The notes: generated by a model from the letters alone, not told the origin. Positions 21,500-35,900 are shown, counted from the first letter of the stretch. The stretch: 60,494 nucleotides of DNA from Hemiscyllium ocellatum (GCF_020745735.1 NC_083409.1:17236619-17297112), one strand, 5' to 3'. Made by a program: numbers and translations.

Positions 21500-24110
21500 C
21501 ACTCAGATTGGGGGAGCATAAAGAAAAGAGGGGTCTTGATAATGAGGGGAACTGATAGCATCCTTTGTGAGCAGGATTGAGAGCCCCACTTGGTGTGTTT
21601 CCTGCCTGGTTTCAAGGTAAGGGCATCTCGAGCCGGCTTTTAAGTATAACAGACTTGGGGGGTGGGGGGGTGGGGGTTGAGGATCCAGTTGTTGTTGTCT
21701 GTGTCGGGACCAACAACGTCAACAAAAATCGGCAAAAGGCCCTATTTGGACAATATCAGGAAAGCTATCAGAAGGATATTGATTAGACAGATGGAGAGAA
21801 ATAAGAAAGAGGTGAATACAGCATCAGTGCTGAGGAACAGATTCCAGTGAATGGACTAAATAAGAGTTCTATATCCGAATGCATGAAGCGTAAGGAATAA
21901 ATACAATAATCTGCAGGCACAAATTCAAATTTAAGATTGTGGTATCGGATCAATTACTGAGCCATAGTTGCAGAATCATTCAGATTGGGAACGATATCTA
22001 TCGGGTTAGAAGGTTCACAGGATGGATATGGGGAAATGGCAGAAGAGGTGGAGCAGCTTCATTGATGAGGGAAAAAATGGCTTCAATGGTGAGGGAGGTC
22101 ATAATGAGGAGAAAACATTCAGTGGGACTGAGGAGCAGGAAAGGATCTAAAACTGTAATAGATGTTGGATACAGACCCCCCTGACAGCAGCTCGGAGGTG
22201 CTGGATTGTATAAATGGAGGAATTAGACAAGTGTGTAGCAAAGCCAGTGTATTATTAATGGGGAAGTTTAACTTTAAATTAGATTGGGAGACAGACAAGC
22301 CCTCTGTCAGAAAGGTAGTGAATTGCTGCTGTGTGTCCAGAATAGTTTCCAACAGCAATAGGTCCTGGATACAACAAGGGGACAAGCAATATTGGAATTA
22401 GTAATGAATAATGAGCCAGATTTAGTTTGTAACTATTTGTGCATGAATATTTATCAAATAGTGATCATAACATGATCTAGTTCAGTGTCGCATTTGAAAG
22501 TAAAAAGCATGAATCAGCTGCTAGAATTTGAGATTAAGGTAAGGGCCGACTTTAACGAGATGCGACAGAGACAGTCCACAGTAAACTGGGAAAATCTGCT
22601 CATGGGTAAAACTGAAGAACAGTGGGGAATACTTAAAGGAACATTCAGCACAAAACAAAGCCAGTTTATACCTGAGAGGGAAAAGCGAACAAACAACAAT
22701 GGTCAATTAAAGAGATAAGGGAAAGAATAAAATGTTAAAAAAGGCTTACAGAAAAGCCAAAAAAAGGACAGATTCCGCTGAATGGGAAGGATACAAAAGG
22801 GCCCCATATCAGCTTCTAAGAGCTACCATAAGGGATTCTGAAAGGAAACATGTAAGGGATAACAAAATCAATAAGGAGAAATGTTACAGTTCCATAAAAG
22901 GGAAGCTGGGAGGTCAGGAGCAATGTTGGCCATTAAAGACTGAAAGTGAGGGATATTGTCAGTGACAATGGGGAAATGACAGACATATTAAATAAATACT
23001 TTACCTCAAGATTTGCAGCAGAAAAGGAAGAGGACTTGCCTGAAGTCCCAAAGGAATTAACAGAGGATCTGTGTCAGGGACTGATTAGATTCCCTGCAGT
23101 GTGCAAACATGCCTTTTGGCCCAACCAGTCCACACCGACCCTCCGAAGAGTAACCCACCCAGACCCATTTTCCCTCTGACTAATGCACCTAACGCTATGG
23201 GCAATTTAGTATGGCCAATTCATCTGACCTGCACATCTTTGGATAGTAGAAGGAAACCCATGCAGACAATGTGCAAACTCCACACAGGCAGTTGCCCAAG
23301 GCTGGAATTGAACCTGGGACTCTGGTGCTGTGAGGCAGCAGTGCTAACCACTGTGTCACCTGAATAAAGTTAATGTCAATAGAACATGTGTAATAAGGAA
23401 AATAATGGAACTAAAGAGTGACAAATCCTCAGGACCTGAGGGTGATAAAGTAGTAATAGACCACATTGCAGACACCCTGACTATAATCTTTCAGAGTTAC
23501 CTGGCTTCAGGAGTCGTACCTCTGAATTGGAAAATTGCAAATTTCATTTCACATTTAACAAGAATGTTAGAGAAAAACCAGGGAATTACAGGTCACGAAG
23601 CCAACGTTTGTGGTGTGGAAATTGTTGTAGTCTATAATCAAGGATGGGGGTAACTGAAGACCTTGAAAATGGTCAGTTAATCAGGGAGAATCAGCATAGA
23701 TTCATGACAAGTTGGTCATGGTGAAAAAATCTCACTGAACATTTTTGAAGAGGAAACAAAATTACTGGACACAGTAATGTCAATGGATGTTGTTTATAGG
23801 GACTTCCAGAAGGCATTTGATAAAATCCCATGTAAGAAACTCTTCAACTCAGTTAGAAATCCACAGAATTGAGGCTAAAATACTGCCATACCGAAATTGG
23901 TTGACAGGTGACAGAAAATAGGGATCATGGATAAGTGCTGAAATTGGCAGGATGTGACCAGTGGTGTCCAATAGGAATGTGTGCGCACACCTCAATTATT
24001 TACATTATTTATTAATGCATTGGATAATGGCATAGAAAGTCAGATACTCTAGTTTGCTAATGACACAAAGTTAGACAGCTTTGTAGGTAGTGTTCATAGA
24101 GTCAGAGAGT
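21500..24110 (+). mobile_element. Heavily decayed CR1-like LINE (ORF1 end, ORF2) with a nested SINE
   Basis: VVVVCVGTNN, LMGKFNFKLDW, DFQKAFDK and KFANDTK remnants. Confidence 0.75.
23085..23360 (-). mobile_element. HE1-like SINE
   Basis: Same body as 38049-38360, with a tRNA-like head at the right end. Confidence 0.8.
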
Positions 24111-25329
24111 CAGCATTCATCCAGTGCAATCTTTAACAGAGTATAATTTATCTTTGACATAGAACTCCTTGACTCCATCTCTCTCACTCATTCTCTCTCC
24201 CCACCCCTCTCTAACTCAGCTGCATAGATCTCACTCTGAGTTCCATTCCTCTTTCTCTGTCCAAGCTCTATCCCCCTCTCTCTTAGTGCTCCATCTCTCT
24301 CTCTCTCTCCCTCCCTGTGCTCCATCTCTTGCTCTCTAAGCTGTATCCCTCCCTCCATTTCAGCTGCTGGGAGTTCGATCTGAGCCAATGCCAGTGAATC
24401 CCATGGAGAATAATGACGGGATATTTGGAGTGTGAGTTTGATGATGTAAATGTGAACCATTGCAGCAAAGACATTACAGATGGTTTGTACAAACAGCAAA
24501 GCCCAAACCAGAGCATTGTGTCAATCAACACAGACCTAATGAAAGCTTCAATAAAATAATTATAAATGCGATTCTCAGAGATATCATTATTCTAGTTACA
24601 AATGGCTATTTCTCAGTGAAGATCCATCCTGCTGAATATTAGATACAGCTGGGCTTTGAAGAAATATTGGGCAGATGGAGTGTAATGTGGGGGAGTGTGA
24701 CCTTGTTCACTTTCATAATAATCATTCAAATGTGACTGGAGAGTTGTTAAGTCCACAGAGCAAAACTTGCCATTGGGTATAATCCATTAGGTGTGATAAA
24801 TACAGAACCTCGCTTAGTTCTAGTTATCAGTGAGTTCTTGTCAACATCCTTTTAACAAATCAATTTTATACAAGAATGACATACAACAAACCCTCTCTAT
24901 ACAACCTTCTCAGCTGGGAATAGGGCATCCCATATGCCTTCTTCACCACCCTGTCTAGCTGCGCTGATACCTTCTGGGATTGATGGAGTTGTACACCAAG
25001 GTTCCTTTGTTCCTCAGTACTCCCAAGGAACATAAGAACATAAGAACTAGGAGCAGGAGTAGGCCATCTGTCCCTTCAACCCTGCTCTGCCATTCAATAA
25101 GATCATGGCTGATCTTTTCATGGACTCAGCTCCACATTAGACCATAAGACAAAGGAGTGGAAGTAAGGCCATTTGGCCCATCGAGTCCACTCCGTCATTC
25201 AATCATGGGTGATGGGCATTGAAGGACAGTTACCCACACTCTCCCTGTAGCCCTTAATTCATTCCAAGATTAAGAATTTATCAATCTCTGCCTTGAAGAC
25301 ATTTAATATTTCAGCCGCCAGTGCGCTCT

Positions 25330-26700
25330 GTGGCAATGAATTCCAAAGGCCCATCACTCTCTAGCTGAAGAAATGTCTCCTCAGTTATGTTTTAAACTGA
25401 CCCCCTCTAACTCTAAGGCTGTGCCCTCGGGTCCTAGTACTCCCACCTAATGGAAACAATTTCCCAGCATCCACCCTTTCAAAACCATGCATTATCTTGT
25501 AAGTTTCTATTAGATCTCCCCTTCTAAAGTCGAATGAATACAATCCCAAGATCCTCAGCCATTCATCATATATTAGGATTACCATTCCAGGGCTCACCCA
25601 TGTGAATCTCCACTGGACACGGTCCAGTGTCAATATGTCCTTCCTGAGGTGTGGGGCACAAAAGTGGACTAAATGGGGCCTAACCAGAGCTTTATAAAGT
25701 CTCAGTAGCACATCTCATTTTACATTCCAACCCTCTTGAGATAAACTGGAGAAAGTGAGGACTGCAGATGCTGGAGATCAGAGCTGAAAAATGTGTTGCT
25801 GGACAAGTGCAACAGGTCAGGCAGCATCCAAGGAGCAGGAGAATTGATGTTTCAGGCATAAGCCCTTTTTCATTCCTGCTGCGCATTTTCAGCAACACAT
25901 TTTTCAGCTCGAGATAAATGACAACATTACATTTGCTTTCTTAACCACGGATTCAACCTGCAAGTTAACCTTTAGAGAATCCGGGACTAGCATTCCCAGA
26001 TCACTTTGTACTTTGGCTTTATGAATGTTCTCACCGTTTCGAAAATTGTCCATGCCTGTAGTCTTTTTTCTGAAGTTCAAGACTTGGCATTTACTCTCAC
26101 TGTATCTCTTAATTCCTTTATTGTTCAAAAAAATCTACTTAGCTTTAAAACATTTACTGAAGTAGCATCAATTTCTTCATTGAGCAAGGAATTTCATAGA
26201 TTTATGACCCTCTGGATAAGAGGTTCCTTCTCAATTCAGTCCTAAATCTGCTCCCCCTAATTTTGAGGTTAAACCCTCTTGTTTTAGTTTCACCTGCCAG
26301 TGAGGACATCCTCTCTACTTCTGTCTTATCTATTCTCTTTATAATTTTATTTGTTTCTATAAGATTCCCCTCATTCTTCTAAGTTCCAATGAATAGATCC
26401 CAGTCTACACAGTCTCCCTTCATAAGCGAAACCCCTCCACCCCAGAATCAGCCTGGTGAACTTTCTCTGCACCCCTCTAGTGCCAGTATTGCCTTTTTCA
26501 AGTAAGGAGACCATTACTGCATGCAGTACTCCAGGTGTGGTCTCACCAGCACCCTGTACAGCTGCAACATAATCTTCCCGCTTTTTGAACTCAATCCCTT
26601 TAGCAATGAAGGACAAAATTCCATTTGCCTTCCTAATTGCTTGTTTTATCTGTAGACCAACCCTCTGTGATTCATGCATAAGGATACTCAAGGTACATGC
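25330..26700 (-). mobile_element. CR1-like LINE 3' half
   Basis: Minus ORFs MLLRLYKALVRPHL and QVESVVKKANVMLSFIS. Confidence 0.8.
25746..25910. mobile_element. Penelope-end mini-element with internal inverted repeat and 8-bp TSD
   Basis: TSD gagataaa at 25738-25745 and 25911-25918. Inverted gagctgaaaaatgtgttgctg / cagcaacacatttttcagctc. Confidence 0.75.
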
Positions 26701-26816
26701 CTTTCATTGTGTATATCCTTCCCTTATTAGACCTCCCAAGTTGGATCACCTCAGAGGTATCAGGATTAAATTACATCTGCCATTGCTCTGCCCAATTTAC
26801 CAGCTGACCAATATCA

Positions 26817-27667
26817 GACTGTAGCCTGAGACCCAGTAATCCAAGATGGCAGCAGAGTCAGACACTTCAGAACGAGTTCATCTGCTCCATCTGTTTCCTT
26901 TTCTTCTTTCTATCCCACTTCTCTTTTCCTTTTCTTTTGTGTTTTTCTTTTGTCCTTCTCCCTAATTTCTTCTCCCGGACTCGGACTCGCAGCCTCAGTT
27001 GCCAGGCCTCTGACCCAGTGCAGACCTAATGATGTGGCCTCTTGGCTTGATGTGGCAGTGTCCTGGCCTGGCAGGGAGATCTACCAGAGCTGAAAATGTG
27101 TTGCTGGAAAAGCGCAGCAGGTCAGGCAGCATCCAAGGAACAGGAGAGTCGGCGTTTCCAGCATGAGCCCTTCTTCAGGGATACCTTCCAGCCCAACGAG
27201 GCAGTCCAACATGATGGCCTCTGTTTGATGTGGTGGCCTCTCAGCCCAGCGTGATGGTCACTCGGCCTAGTGTAGCGATCTCTGAGTGGCCCAGAGTGGT
27301 TCTCTCTCAGCCCACATAGTGGTCCTTTCTGTATATGGTGGTCTCTCCACCCGGGAAGGCCTCAGCGTGGACTTCCGGTCTCGAGATGATGATTTAAAGA
27401 ATGATCCCATGGTAGCTAAGTTCTTAAGAAATGCTGTAATGTTTGAACTTTCAGCTTTATTTCTTCATTTTCTACTTAAAACTAAAAAAGATCTGCAACG
27501 TGTAACCTTGAACTTTATTCTTTCTTTCTACCTTGTTCTTACGATTCTGTACTGAGGTCCTTGTACCTAAGATGGCACCTTGTGAGGTGACGTTACATAC
27601 TTTTCACTGTACTCCAATACTTTTGCAATCGAGAACACGTGACAATAAACTTAAATAAAAATCAAAT
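26817..27667 (+). mobile_element. ~850-bp non-autonomous retroelement with 8-bp TSD, inserted in a minus-strand CR1 fragment
   Basis: TSD caatatca at 26809-26816 and 27668-27675. CAAGATGGC near the 5' end, and AATAAA with an (aatca)n-like tail at the 3' end. Nested Penelope-end fragment at ~27086-27180. Confidence 0.65.
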
Positions 27668-27899
27668 CAATATCAATAGCACCACCAATTTATGTGGCCT
27701 CTGAAAACTTTCTAATTTTACAATCACAGTCAATTTGTTAATGTACATTACAAACAGCAAGGGTCCCAGCCCCAATCCCTGTCTTACACCACTGGTCACA
27801 GGCTTCCAATCACAAAGACAAACCTCTCCCATCACTCTTTGCCTCATATTTGGATCCAATTTGCCAAAATGCCTTGGATCCCATGGGCTCTTACCATAA

Positions 27900-30800
27900 C
27901 TCCAGGAAAGGCAAGAGAGGTAGGCAAGTAGTGCAGGAGTCTTCTGTGGTTATTCCCATTTCAAACAAGTATGCTGTTTTGGAAAATGTAGGGGGTGATG
28001 GAAACTCAGGGGTACTTAGCATGAGCAGCCAAGTTTCTGGTATTGACACTGGCTCTAATGTAATGGGAGGTACGTCGGGTTCCAAACAATCGACTGTGTT
28101 AGGGGACTCTCTAGCCCGAGGTACAGACAGACATTTCAGTGGCCAGCAGTAAAAAATCAGAATGGTGTGTTGCTTCCCTGGTGCCAGGATCAAAGATGTC
28201 TCCGGGAGGGTGCAGAATGTTCTTAAGTGGAGAGAGACCAGCAGGAGGTCTTGTACACTTTGGAACCAACGACATAGGAAGGGAAAAGGTTGAGATTCTG
28301 AAGGGAGATTGCAGAGAGTTAGGCAGGAATTTAAAAAAGGAGGTCCTCAAGAGTAGTAATATCTGAATTACTACTGGTGCTATGAGCTAGTGAGGGCAGG
28401 AACAGGAGGATAGAGCAGATGAATGCATGGCTGAGGAGCTGGTGTATGGGAGAAGGATTCACATTTTTAGATCTTTGGAAGCTGTTTTGAGGTAGAAGTG
28501 ACCTGTACAAGAAGGACAGATTGCACCTAAATTGGAAGGGGACTAATATACTGGCAGGGAGATTTGCTAGAGCTGCTCGGGAGGATTTAAACTCGTAAGG
28601 TGGGCGGGTGGGACCCAGGGAGATAGTGAGGAGAGATTTCAACCTGAGATTGGTAAAGTTGAGAACAAAGGCAAGTCAATCAGTCAGGGCAGGCGGGGAC
28701 AAAGCAGAGAACAAGGTAAGACTGATAAATTAAACTGCATTTATTTCAGTGCAAGAGGCCCAACAGGGAAGGAAGATGAACATGGGGCGTGGTTAGGATC
28801 ATGGGACTGGGATATCATAGCAATTACAGAAACATGGTTCAGGGATGGGCAGGACTGGCTGTTTAATGTTCTAGGATACAAATGCTACAGGAAGGACAGA
28901 AAGGGAGGCACAAGAGGAGGGAGAGTGGCATTTTTGATAAGGGATAGCATTACAGCTGTACTTAGGGAGGATATTCCCAGAAATACATCCAGGGAAGTTA
29001 TTCGGATGGAACTGAGAAAAAAGAAGGGGATGATCACCTTGTTGGGATTATAATATAGCTCCCCTCCAGGAGTCAGCGGGAAATTGACAAACAAATTTGT
29101 AAGGAGATTTCAGTTATCAGTAAGAATAATGGGGTGGTTATAGGAGGGGATTTTAACTTTCCAAACATAGACTGTGACTGCTATAGTGTGAAGGGTTTAG
29201 ATGTAGAGGAATTTGTTAAGTGCGTACAATACAATTTTCTGATTCAGAATGTGGATGTACCTACTAGAGACGGTGCAAAGCTCAACCTTGGAAATAATGC
29301 AGGGCAGGTGACTGAGGTGTCAGTGGAGGAGCACTTTTGGTCAGCGACCATAATTCTATTCATTTTAAAATAGTGAAGGAAAAGGATAGACCAGATCCAG
29401 AAGTTGGAGTTCTAAATTGGAGGAAGGCTAATTTTGCCAGTATTAGGCAAGAACTCTGAAAAGCTGATTGGGGGCAGTTGCTCGCAGGTCATGGGACAGC
29501 TGGAAAATAGGAAGCCTTCAGAAATGAGATAAATTGAGCCCAGAGATAGTATATTCTAGTTACGGTGAAAGGAAAGGCTGGTAGGTGTAGGGGATATTGG
29601 ATGATGAGAGAAGTTGAGGGTTTGGTTGAGAAAAAGGATGAAGCATATGCCAGGTATAGACAGGATAGATTGAGTGAATCCTTAGATGGATACAAAGGCA
29701 GTAGGAGTACACTTAAGATGGAAATCAGGAGGGCAACAACATGAGATAGCTTTGGCAAATAGGGTTAAGGAGAATACAGAGGGGTTTTATGAATACATTA
29801 AGGACAAGAGGGTAACTAAGGAGAGAATAGGGCCCCTCAAAGATCAGCAAGGCGACCTTTGTGTGGAGCAGCAGGAGATGGGGCAGATACCAAATGAGTA
29901 TTTTGCTTCACTTTAACTGTGGAGAAGGATATTGAAGATATAGAATGCAGGGAAATAGATGGTGATATCTTGAAAAATGTTCATATTACAGATGAGGAGG
30001 TGCCAGATGTCTTTGAAATGCATAAATGTGGATAAATCCCCAAGACCTAATTAGGTATACCCTAGGACTCTGTCGGAAGCTAGGGAAGTGATTGCTGGGC
30101 CTCTTACTGTGATATTTGTATCCTCAATAGTCACAAATGATGTGCCAGAAGACTGGAGGTTCACTAATTGGTGCCACTACTTAAGAAAGGTGGTAAGGAC
30201 AAGCCAGGGAACTGTAGACCAGTGAGCCAGACGTCAATTGTGAGGAAGTTATTGGAAGGAATCCTGAGGGACAGATTGTCCATAAATTTGGAAAGGCAAA
30301 GACTGATTAGGGATAGTCAGCATGGTTCTGTGCATGGGAAATCATGTCTCACAAACTTGATTGAGTTTTTTGAAGAAGTAACAGAAAGAATTGATGAGGG
30401 CAGAACATTAGACTGGATCTGTACGGACTTCAGTAAGACATTCAACAAGGTTCCCCATGGAAGATTGGTTAGCAAGGTTAGATCTCATGGAATACAGTTA
30501 GAACTAGCCATTTGGATACAGAACTGGCTCAAAGGTAGAAGACAGTGGGTGATGGTGGAGGGTTGTTTTTCAGACGGGACGTCTCTGACCAGTGGAGTGT
30601 CATAAGGATTGGTGCTGGGCAACTACTTTTTGTCATTTACATAAATGATTTGGATGTGAACATAGGAGGTAGAGTTAGTAAGTTTGCAAATGACACCAAA
30701 ATTGGAGGTGTAGTGGACAGCGAAGAAAGTTACCTCAGATTACACCAGGATCTTGATCTGATGGGCCAATGGGCTGAGGAATGGCAGGTGGAGTTTAATT

Positions 30801-31595
30801 CAGATAAATGCAAGGTGCTGCAGTTAGGAAAGCAAATCTTAGCAGGACTTATACACTTAATGGTCAGGTTCTCGGGAGTGTTGCTGAACAAAGAGACCTT
30901 GGAGTGCAGGTTCATAGCTCTTTGAATGTAGAGTCGTAGGTAGGTAGGATAATGAAGACGACATTTGGTATGCTTTACTTTATTGATTAGAGAATTGAGT
31001 ATGGGTGTTGGGAGGTCACCTAAACCACTTTTGGAGTATTGTGTTCAATTCTGATCTCCTTCCTATCAGAAAGATGTTGTGAAACTAGAAAGGGTTCAGA
31101 AAAGATTTACAAGGATGTTACTAGGGTTGGAGGATTTAAGCTATACGGAGAAGTTAAATAGACTAGGGATGTTTTCCCTTGAGTGAGGTGTGACCTTACA
31201 GAGGTCCCTGCTGAGGGGTGACCTTACAGAGGTTTACAAAATCATGAGGGACATGGATTGGGCAAAGAGACCAAGTCTTTTCCCTGAGCTGGTGGAGTCC
31301 AGTAATAGAGGGCATGGGTTTAGGGTAAGAGGGGAAAGATATAAAAGAGACTTGAGAAGCAACTTTTTCACGCACAGAGTGGTGCAAGTGCAGAATGGGG
31401 CTGCCAGAGGAAGTGGTAGAGGCTGGTACAATTACAACATTTAAAAGGCATCTGAATGGGTATATGAATAGGAAGGGTTTGGAGGGAACTGGGCCAGGTG
31501 TTGGCAGGTGGGACTAGATTGGGTTGGGATGTCTGGTTGGCATGGACAAGTTGGACCTTAGGGTCTGTTTCCATGCTGTACATCTCTATGACTCT
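27900..31595 (+). mobile_element. Long CR1-like LINE (ORF1 3' part, endonuclease, RT, 3'UTR), inactivated
   Basis: VLGDSLARGTDR; VIGGDFNFPNID; ORF 30168 KSCLTNLIEFFEEVT...DFSKTFNKVPH; SKFANDTK. Confidence 0.9.
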
Positions 31596-31670
31596 AGAAG
31601 GAGGCTGTTCAGCCCCTTGTGTCAGTACTAGCTGTTTACTAACCTCACTCACAATGAACATCTCCACTGA

Positions 31671-32181
31671 ATTCTGGATGAGTGGTGCTGGAAGAGCACA
31701 GCCATTCAGCCAGCATCCGAGGAGCAGCGAAATCGATGTTTCGGGCATAAGCCCTTCATCAGGAATAAAGGCAGTGAGCCTGAAGCGTGGAGGGATAAGC
31801 TAGAGGAGGGTGGGGGTGGGGAGAAAGTAGCATAGAGTACAAGCAAATGTGTCTGTGGTAGCGAGTTTGTTTCATGAAATGTTTGAAGAGCTTCAGGGCA
31901 GAGGAAATGACCTGGGAGTTGCAGTGGGAGAGGGACTCCCTGAGATTATTGTAGAGAGAAGCTCTTCAACCATGTCATGAAACAAACTCGCTCCCACAGC
32001 CACATTTGCTTGTACTCTATGCTACTTTCTCCCCACCCCCACCCTCCTCTAGCTTATCTCTCCACGCTTCAGGCTCACTGCCTTTATTCCTGATGAAGGG
32101 CTTTAGCCCGAAACGTCGATTTCGCTGCTCCTCGGATGCCACCTGAACTGCTGTGCTCTTCCAGCACCACTCATCCAGAAT
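31671..32181. repeat. 223-bp inverted repeat (31671-31893 / 31959-32181) of Penelope 3'-end sequence, 65-bp loop
   Basis: Near-perfect reverse complement. Each arm carries a CTGATGA...GAAAC motif. Confidence 0.9.
32086..32121 (+). ncRNA. Minimal type-I hammerhead ribozyme-like motif (family A), core intact
   Basis: TC-CTGATGA-A-GGGC(ttta)GCCC-GAAACGT-C-GA: stem II GGGC/GCCC, palindromic ACGT, GUC triplet. Stem I is short. Confidence 0.65.
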
Positions 32182-32989
32182 CTGGTTTCCTGCATCTGCA
32201 GACATTGTTTTTATCTCTGTTGAACGTCTATTGTTGGGAAGTAATTAAATCTGTTTAGAGACAGAATGTCTGACAAATGTGAACAGATCAGAGTAAGTCA
32301 GCATGGATTAAAAAGGGTCAGACATCTTTAACTAACCTGGTTACATGTTTTAACGAGGTCACTAATGTGTGAGATAAGGGAATGTGTTGTTTATATGGAC
32401 GTCCAGATGACATTCAAGGAAGTTCTGCACAAGTGTTATAATGTTATCGTTGGAACAAAGAGATGACAGATAAACATATTCTGGATCTTTCTGCACAAAT
32501 GAATTCTCAAATAAATCTCAGACACGTTGGTGAACTTGGGGTTTTATCAGAGGAAGGAGCTGAGGGAAGTCAGTTGTTGGAGAAAAATGGTTCTGGGTAA
32601 ATTAGAATGTCTTAAATCAGGAGGGCCAAATAATCTATTTTCAGGAGTGCTTCAGGAAGTGGTTGTAAAATATGAGAAACATTGATGGTTATCTGTTTGT
32701 CGACTGTGGAATAGGTCCTACAAAATGGAGGGAGTTAATTTAACACGCCTATTGAAAGAGAGAGAGAGAGAGAGAGGGAAAATAAGAAATTTTAGACCAA
32801 TTAGCCAGAAGTCAGCAGTGGAGAAAATGCTTAAGTTCATTATAAAATATTTTATAGCTTAGCACTTTGAAAACAGTGGCAGAACTGGACAGAGTCGGCA
32901 TGAATTGTCGAAAGGGAAATCATGCTTAAAAAATCGACTGGAATTGTTTGAGGATGTAGTGAGTAGATTTGATAAGGGGGGGGCCCATG

Positions 32990-35900
32990 GATATGGTTTG
33001 TTTGGACTGTGTAAGGGGAATAGATCGGCGGTTCTGTGGTCAAAAACAAGACTCACGAATAGCATGTTGCCTCCCAGTTGTACAGCTCAGGGATGTCTCA
33101 GATCGGCTGCAGGACATTCTGAAGGGGTGGGTGAACAGCTAGCTGTGATAGTGCATGAAGGGACTGATGATATCGTAATAAATGGAATGGGGTCCTACAA
33201 GCAGAATTTATGGAGTGAGGAACCATATTAAAATGTAGGATCTCAGAGGTAGTAATCTCAGGATTGCTCCCAGTGCCATGTGCTAGTCAGAGTCGAAATG
33301 AAAATATAGGCAGGGTGAATGCGTGGCTTGAGAGATGGTGCAGGAGGGAGGGTTCAGATTTTTGGGACATTGGGACTGGTTCCTGGGGAGGTGGGACAAT
33401 TACAAATTGAGCGGTCTACACCTGGGCAGGACTGGAACCAGTGTCCTGTGGGATATGTTTGATCACGCTCTTGGGGAGGGTTCAAAATAGTGTAGCAGAG
33501 GGATGGGAACCAAATGAGGAGGTTAGTGGGCAATAAGGAGGGAGTAACTAAAGCCTGTCAGGAACTAGATATTGAAGTCAGTGTGACTAAGGTTAAGAGT
33601 AGGTAGGGAGCAGATGATGAACGCAAAGGGACAGATGGTCTGAGATGCATTTGTTTTAATGTGAGAAGCGTAGTAGGTAAGGCAGAGGAATTTAGGGCTT
33701 GGACTAGTATCTGGGAGTATGATGTTATTGCTATTACTGAGACGTGGTTGAGGGAATGGCAAGATTGGCAACTAAATATCCCAGGATACAGATGTATCAG
33801 ATGCGTTCGAGAGGGAAGTAAAAGGGATGGAGGAGTTGCATTACTGGTCAGAGAGAATATCACAGGTGTGGTGAAGGAGGGCACTATGGAGGACTCAAGC
33901 AGTAGGGCAATATGGGCAGAGGTCAGAAACAGGAAGGATGCAGTAACAATGTTGGTGCTATCCTACAAGTCTCCTAACAGTGAACGTGAGATAGAGGTAC
34001 AAATATGTAAACAGATTATGGAAAGATGTAGGAGTAACAAGGTGGTGGTGATGGAAGATTTTAATTTTCCCAACATTGACTGGGATTCACTTCATGTTAG
34101 AAGTTAAGATGGAGCAGAATTTGTAAGAAGCATCCAGGAGGATTTCACAGAGTAATGTGGAAGTAATCTAACTTAGGAAGGGGCCATACTGGGCTGGTGT
34201 TGGGGAATGAGCCCGGCCAGGTGATTGAAATTTCAGTCGGGGATTACTTTGGAAGAATGATCACAATTCCATACGTTTTAGAATGCTCATGGATAAAGAT
34301 GAGAGTGGTCCTAAAGGAAGAGGGCTAAAGTGGAGGAAGGCCAACTATCCCAAAATTTGGAAGGAGCTGGGGAATGTGGATTGGGAGCAGCTGTTTAAAG
34401 GGAAATCCACATTTGATATGTGGGTGGCTTTTAAAGAGAGGTTGACTAGAGTCAGGACAGACATGTCCCTGTGAAAATAAAGGATTGAAATGGCATGATT
34501 AGGAAACGCTGGATGACAGATGAAATTGTGAGACTAGCTAAGAGGAAAAAGGATGCATACATAAGGTCTAAGTGGCTGAAAACAGACAAAGCTTTGGAAG
34601 AATATCGTGAAAGTAGGACCAATCTGAAGTGAGGAATTAAAAGGGCTAAAGGGGTCACAAAATATCATTAAGGAAAATCCCAAATCCTTTTATTCATACA
34701 TAAGGAGCAAGAGGATGACTCGAGAAAGGGTTGGCCCACTCAAGGATAAAGGAGGAAAGTTATGTGTGGAGTCAGAAAATGGATGAGATTCTTAATGAGT
34801 GCTTTACGTCGGTATTCACCAAGGAGAGGGAAATGACAGATGTTGAAGTTGGGGATCGGTGTTTGATTACTCAAGGTCAAGTCGATTTAAGTAGGGAGGA
34901 AGTGTTGGGTATTTTAAAAGGCATCAAGGTGAACAAGTCCCCAGGTCAGGATGGGATCGATCCCAGCTTACTGAGGGAAGCAAGAGAGGAAATAGCTGGG
35001 GCCTTAATCGATATCTTTGTAGCAACCCTGAACATGGATGAGGGTCCCAGAGGACTGGAGAATTACTAATGTTTAAGAAGGGTAGCCAGGATAATCCAGG
35101 TAACTATCAACCAGTGAGCCTGATGTAGTGGTAGGGAAGCTGCTGGAGAAGATACTGAGGGATAAGATCTATTTACTTTTGGAAGAAAATTGACTTATCA
35201 GTTATAGGCAGCATGAAGTTGTGCAGGGAATGTCATGTCTTACCAACTTTATAGATTTTTTTGAAGAACTGATGAAGTTGATTGAGGAGGGATGGGCTGT
35301 GGATGTCATACGCATGGACTTCAGTAAGGTGTTTGATAAAGTTCCCCATGCTAGCCTGATAAAGAAATTTAAGTCGCATGGGGTCCAGAGTGTACTCACT
35401 AGATGGGTAGAGAACAGGTTGGGCAACAGAAGACAGACAGTAGTGGTGGGAGTACTTTCTCAAAATGGAGAACAGGAATCCGTGCTGGTACCGCTCTTGT
35501 TTTTGATCTCCATAAATGATCTGGAGGAAGGTATAGGTGGTCTGATTAGCAAGTTTGCAGATGACACTAATATTGGTGGAGTAGCAGATAGTGAAGTGGA
35601 CTGTCAGAGAATGTAGCAGAATATAGACAGATTGGACAGTTGGGCAGAGAAACGGATGGATGGAGTTCAAACCAGGCAAATGCGATCTGATGAATTTTGG
35701 AAGATCCAAATCTGGAGTAAACTGTACGGTGAATGGAACACCCTGGGAAAATTGATGCCCAGAGCGACCTGGGTGTTCAGGTCCATTGTACCCTGGAGGT
35801 GACAACACAGGTCGACAGAGTGGTCAAGAAGGCATATGGCACATCTTCCTTCACCAGACGTGGTATTCAGTACAAGAGTTGGAAGGTCATATTAGAATTA

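Noticed and set aside
30168-35616. Active LINE reverse transcriptase genes
   Set aside because: All ORF2 copies are fragmented by stops and frameshifts. The longest pieces are ~150 aa.
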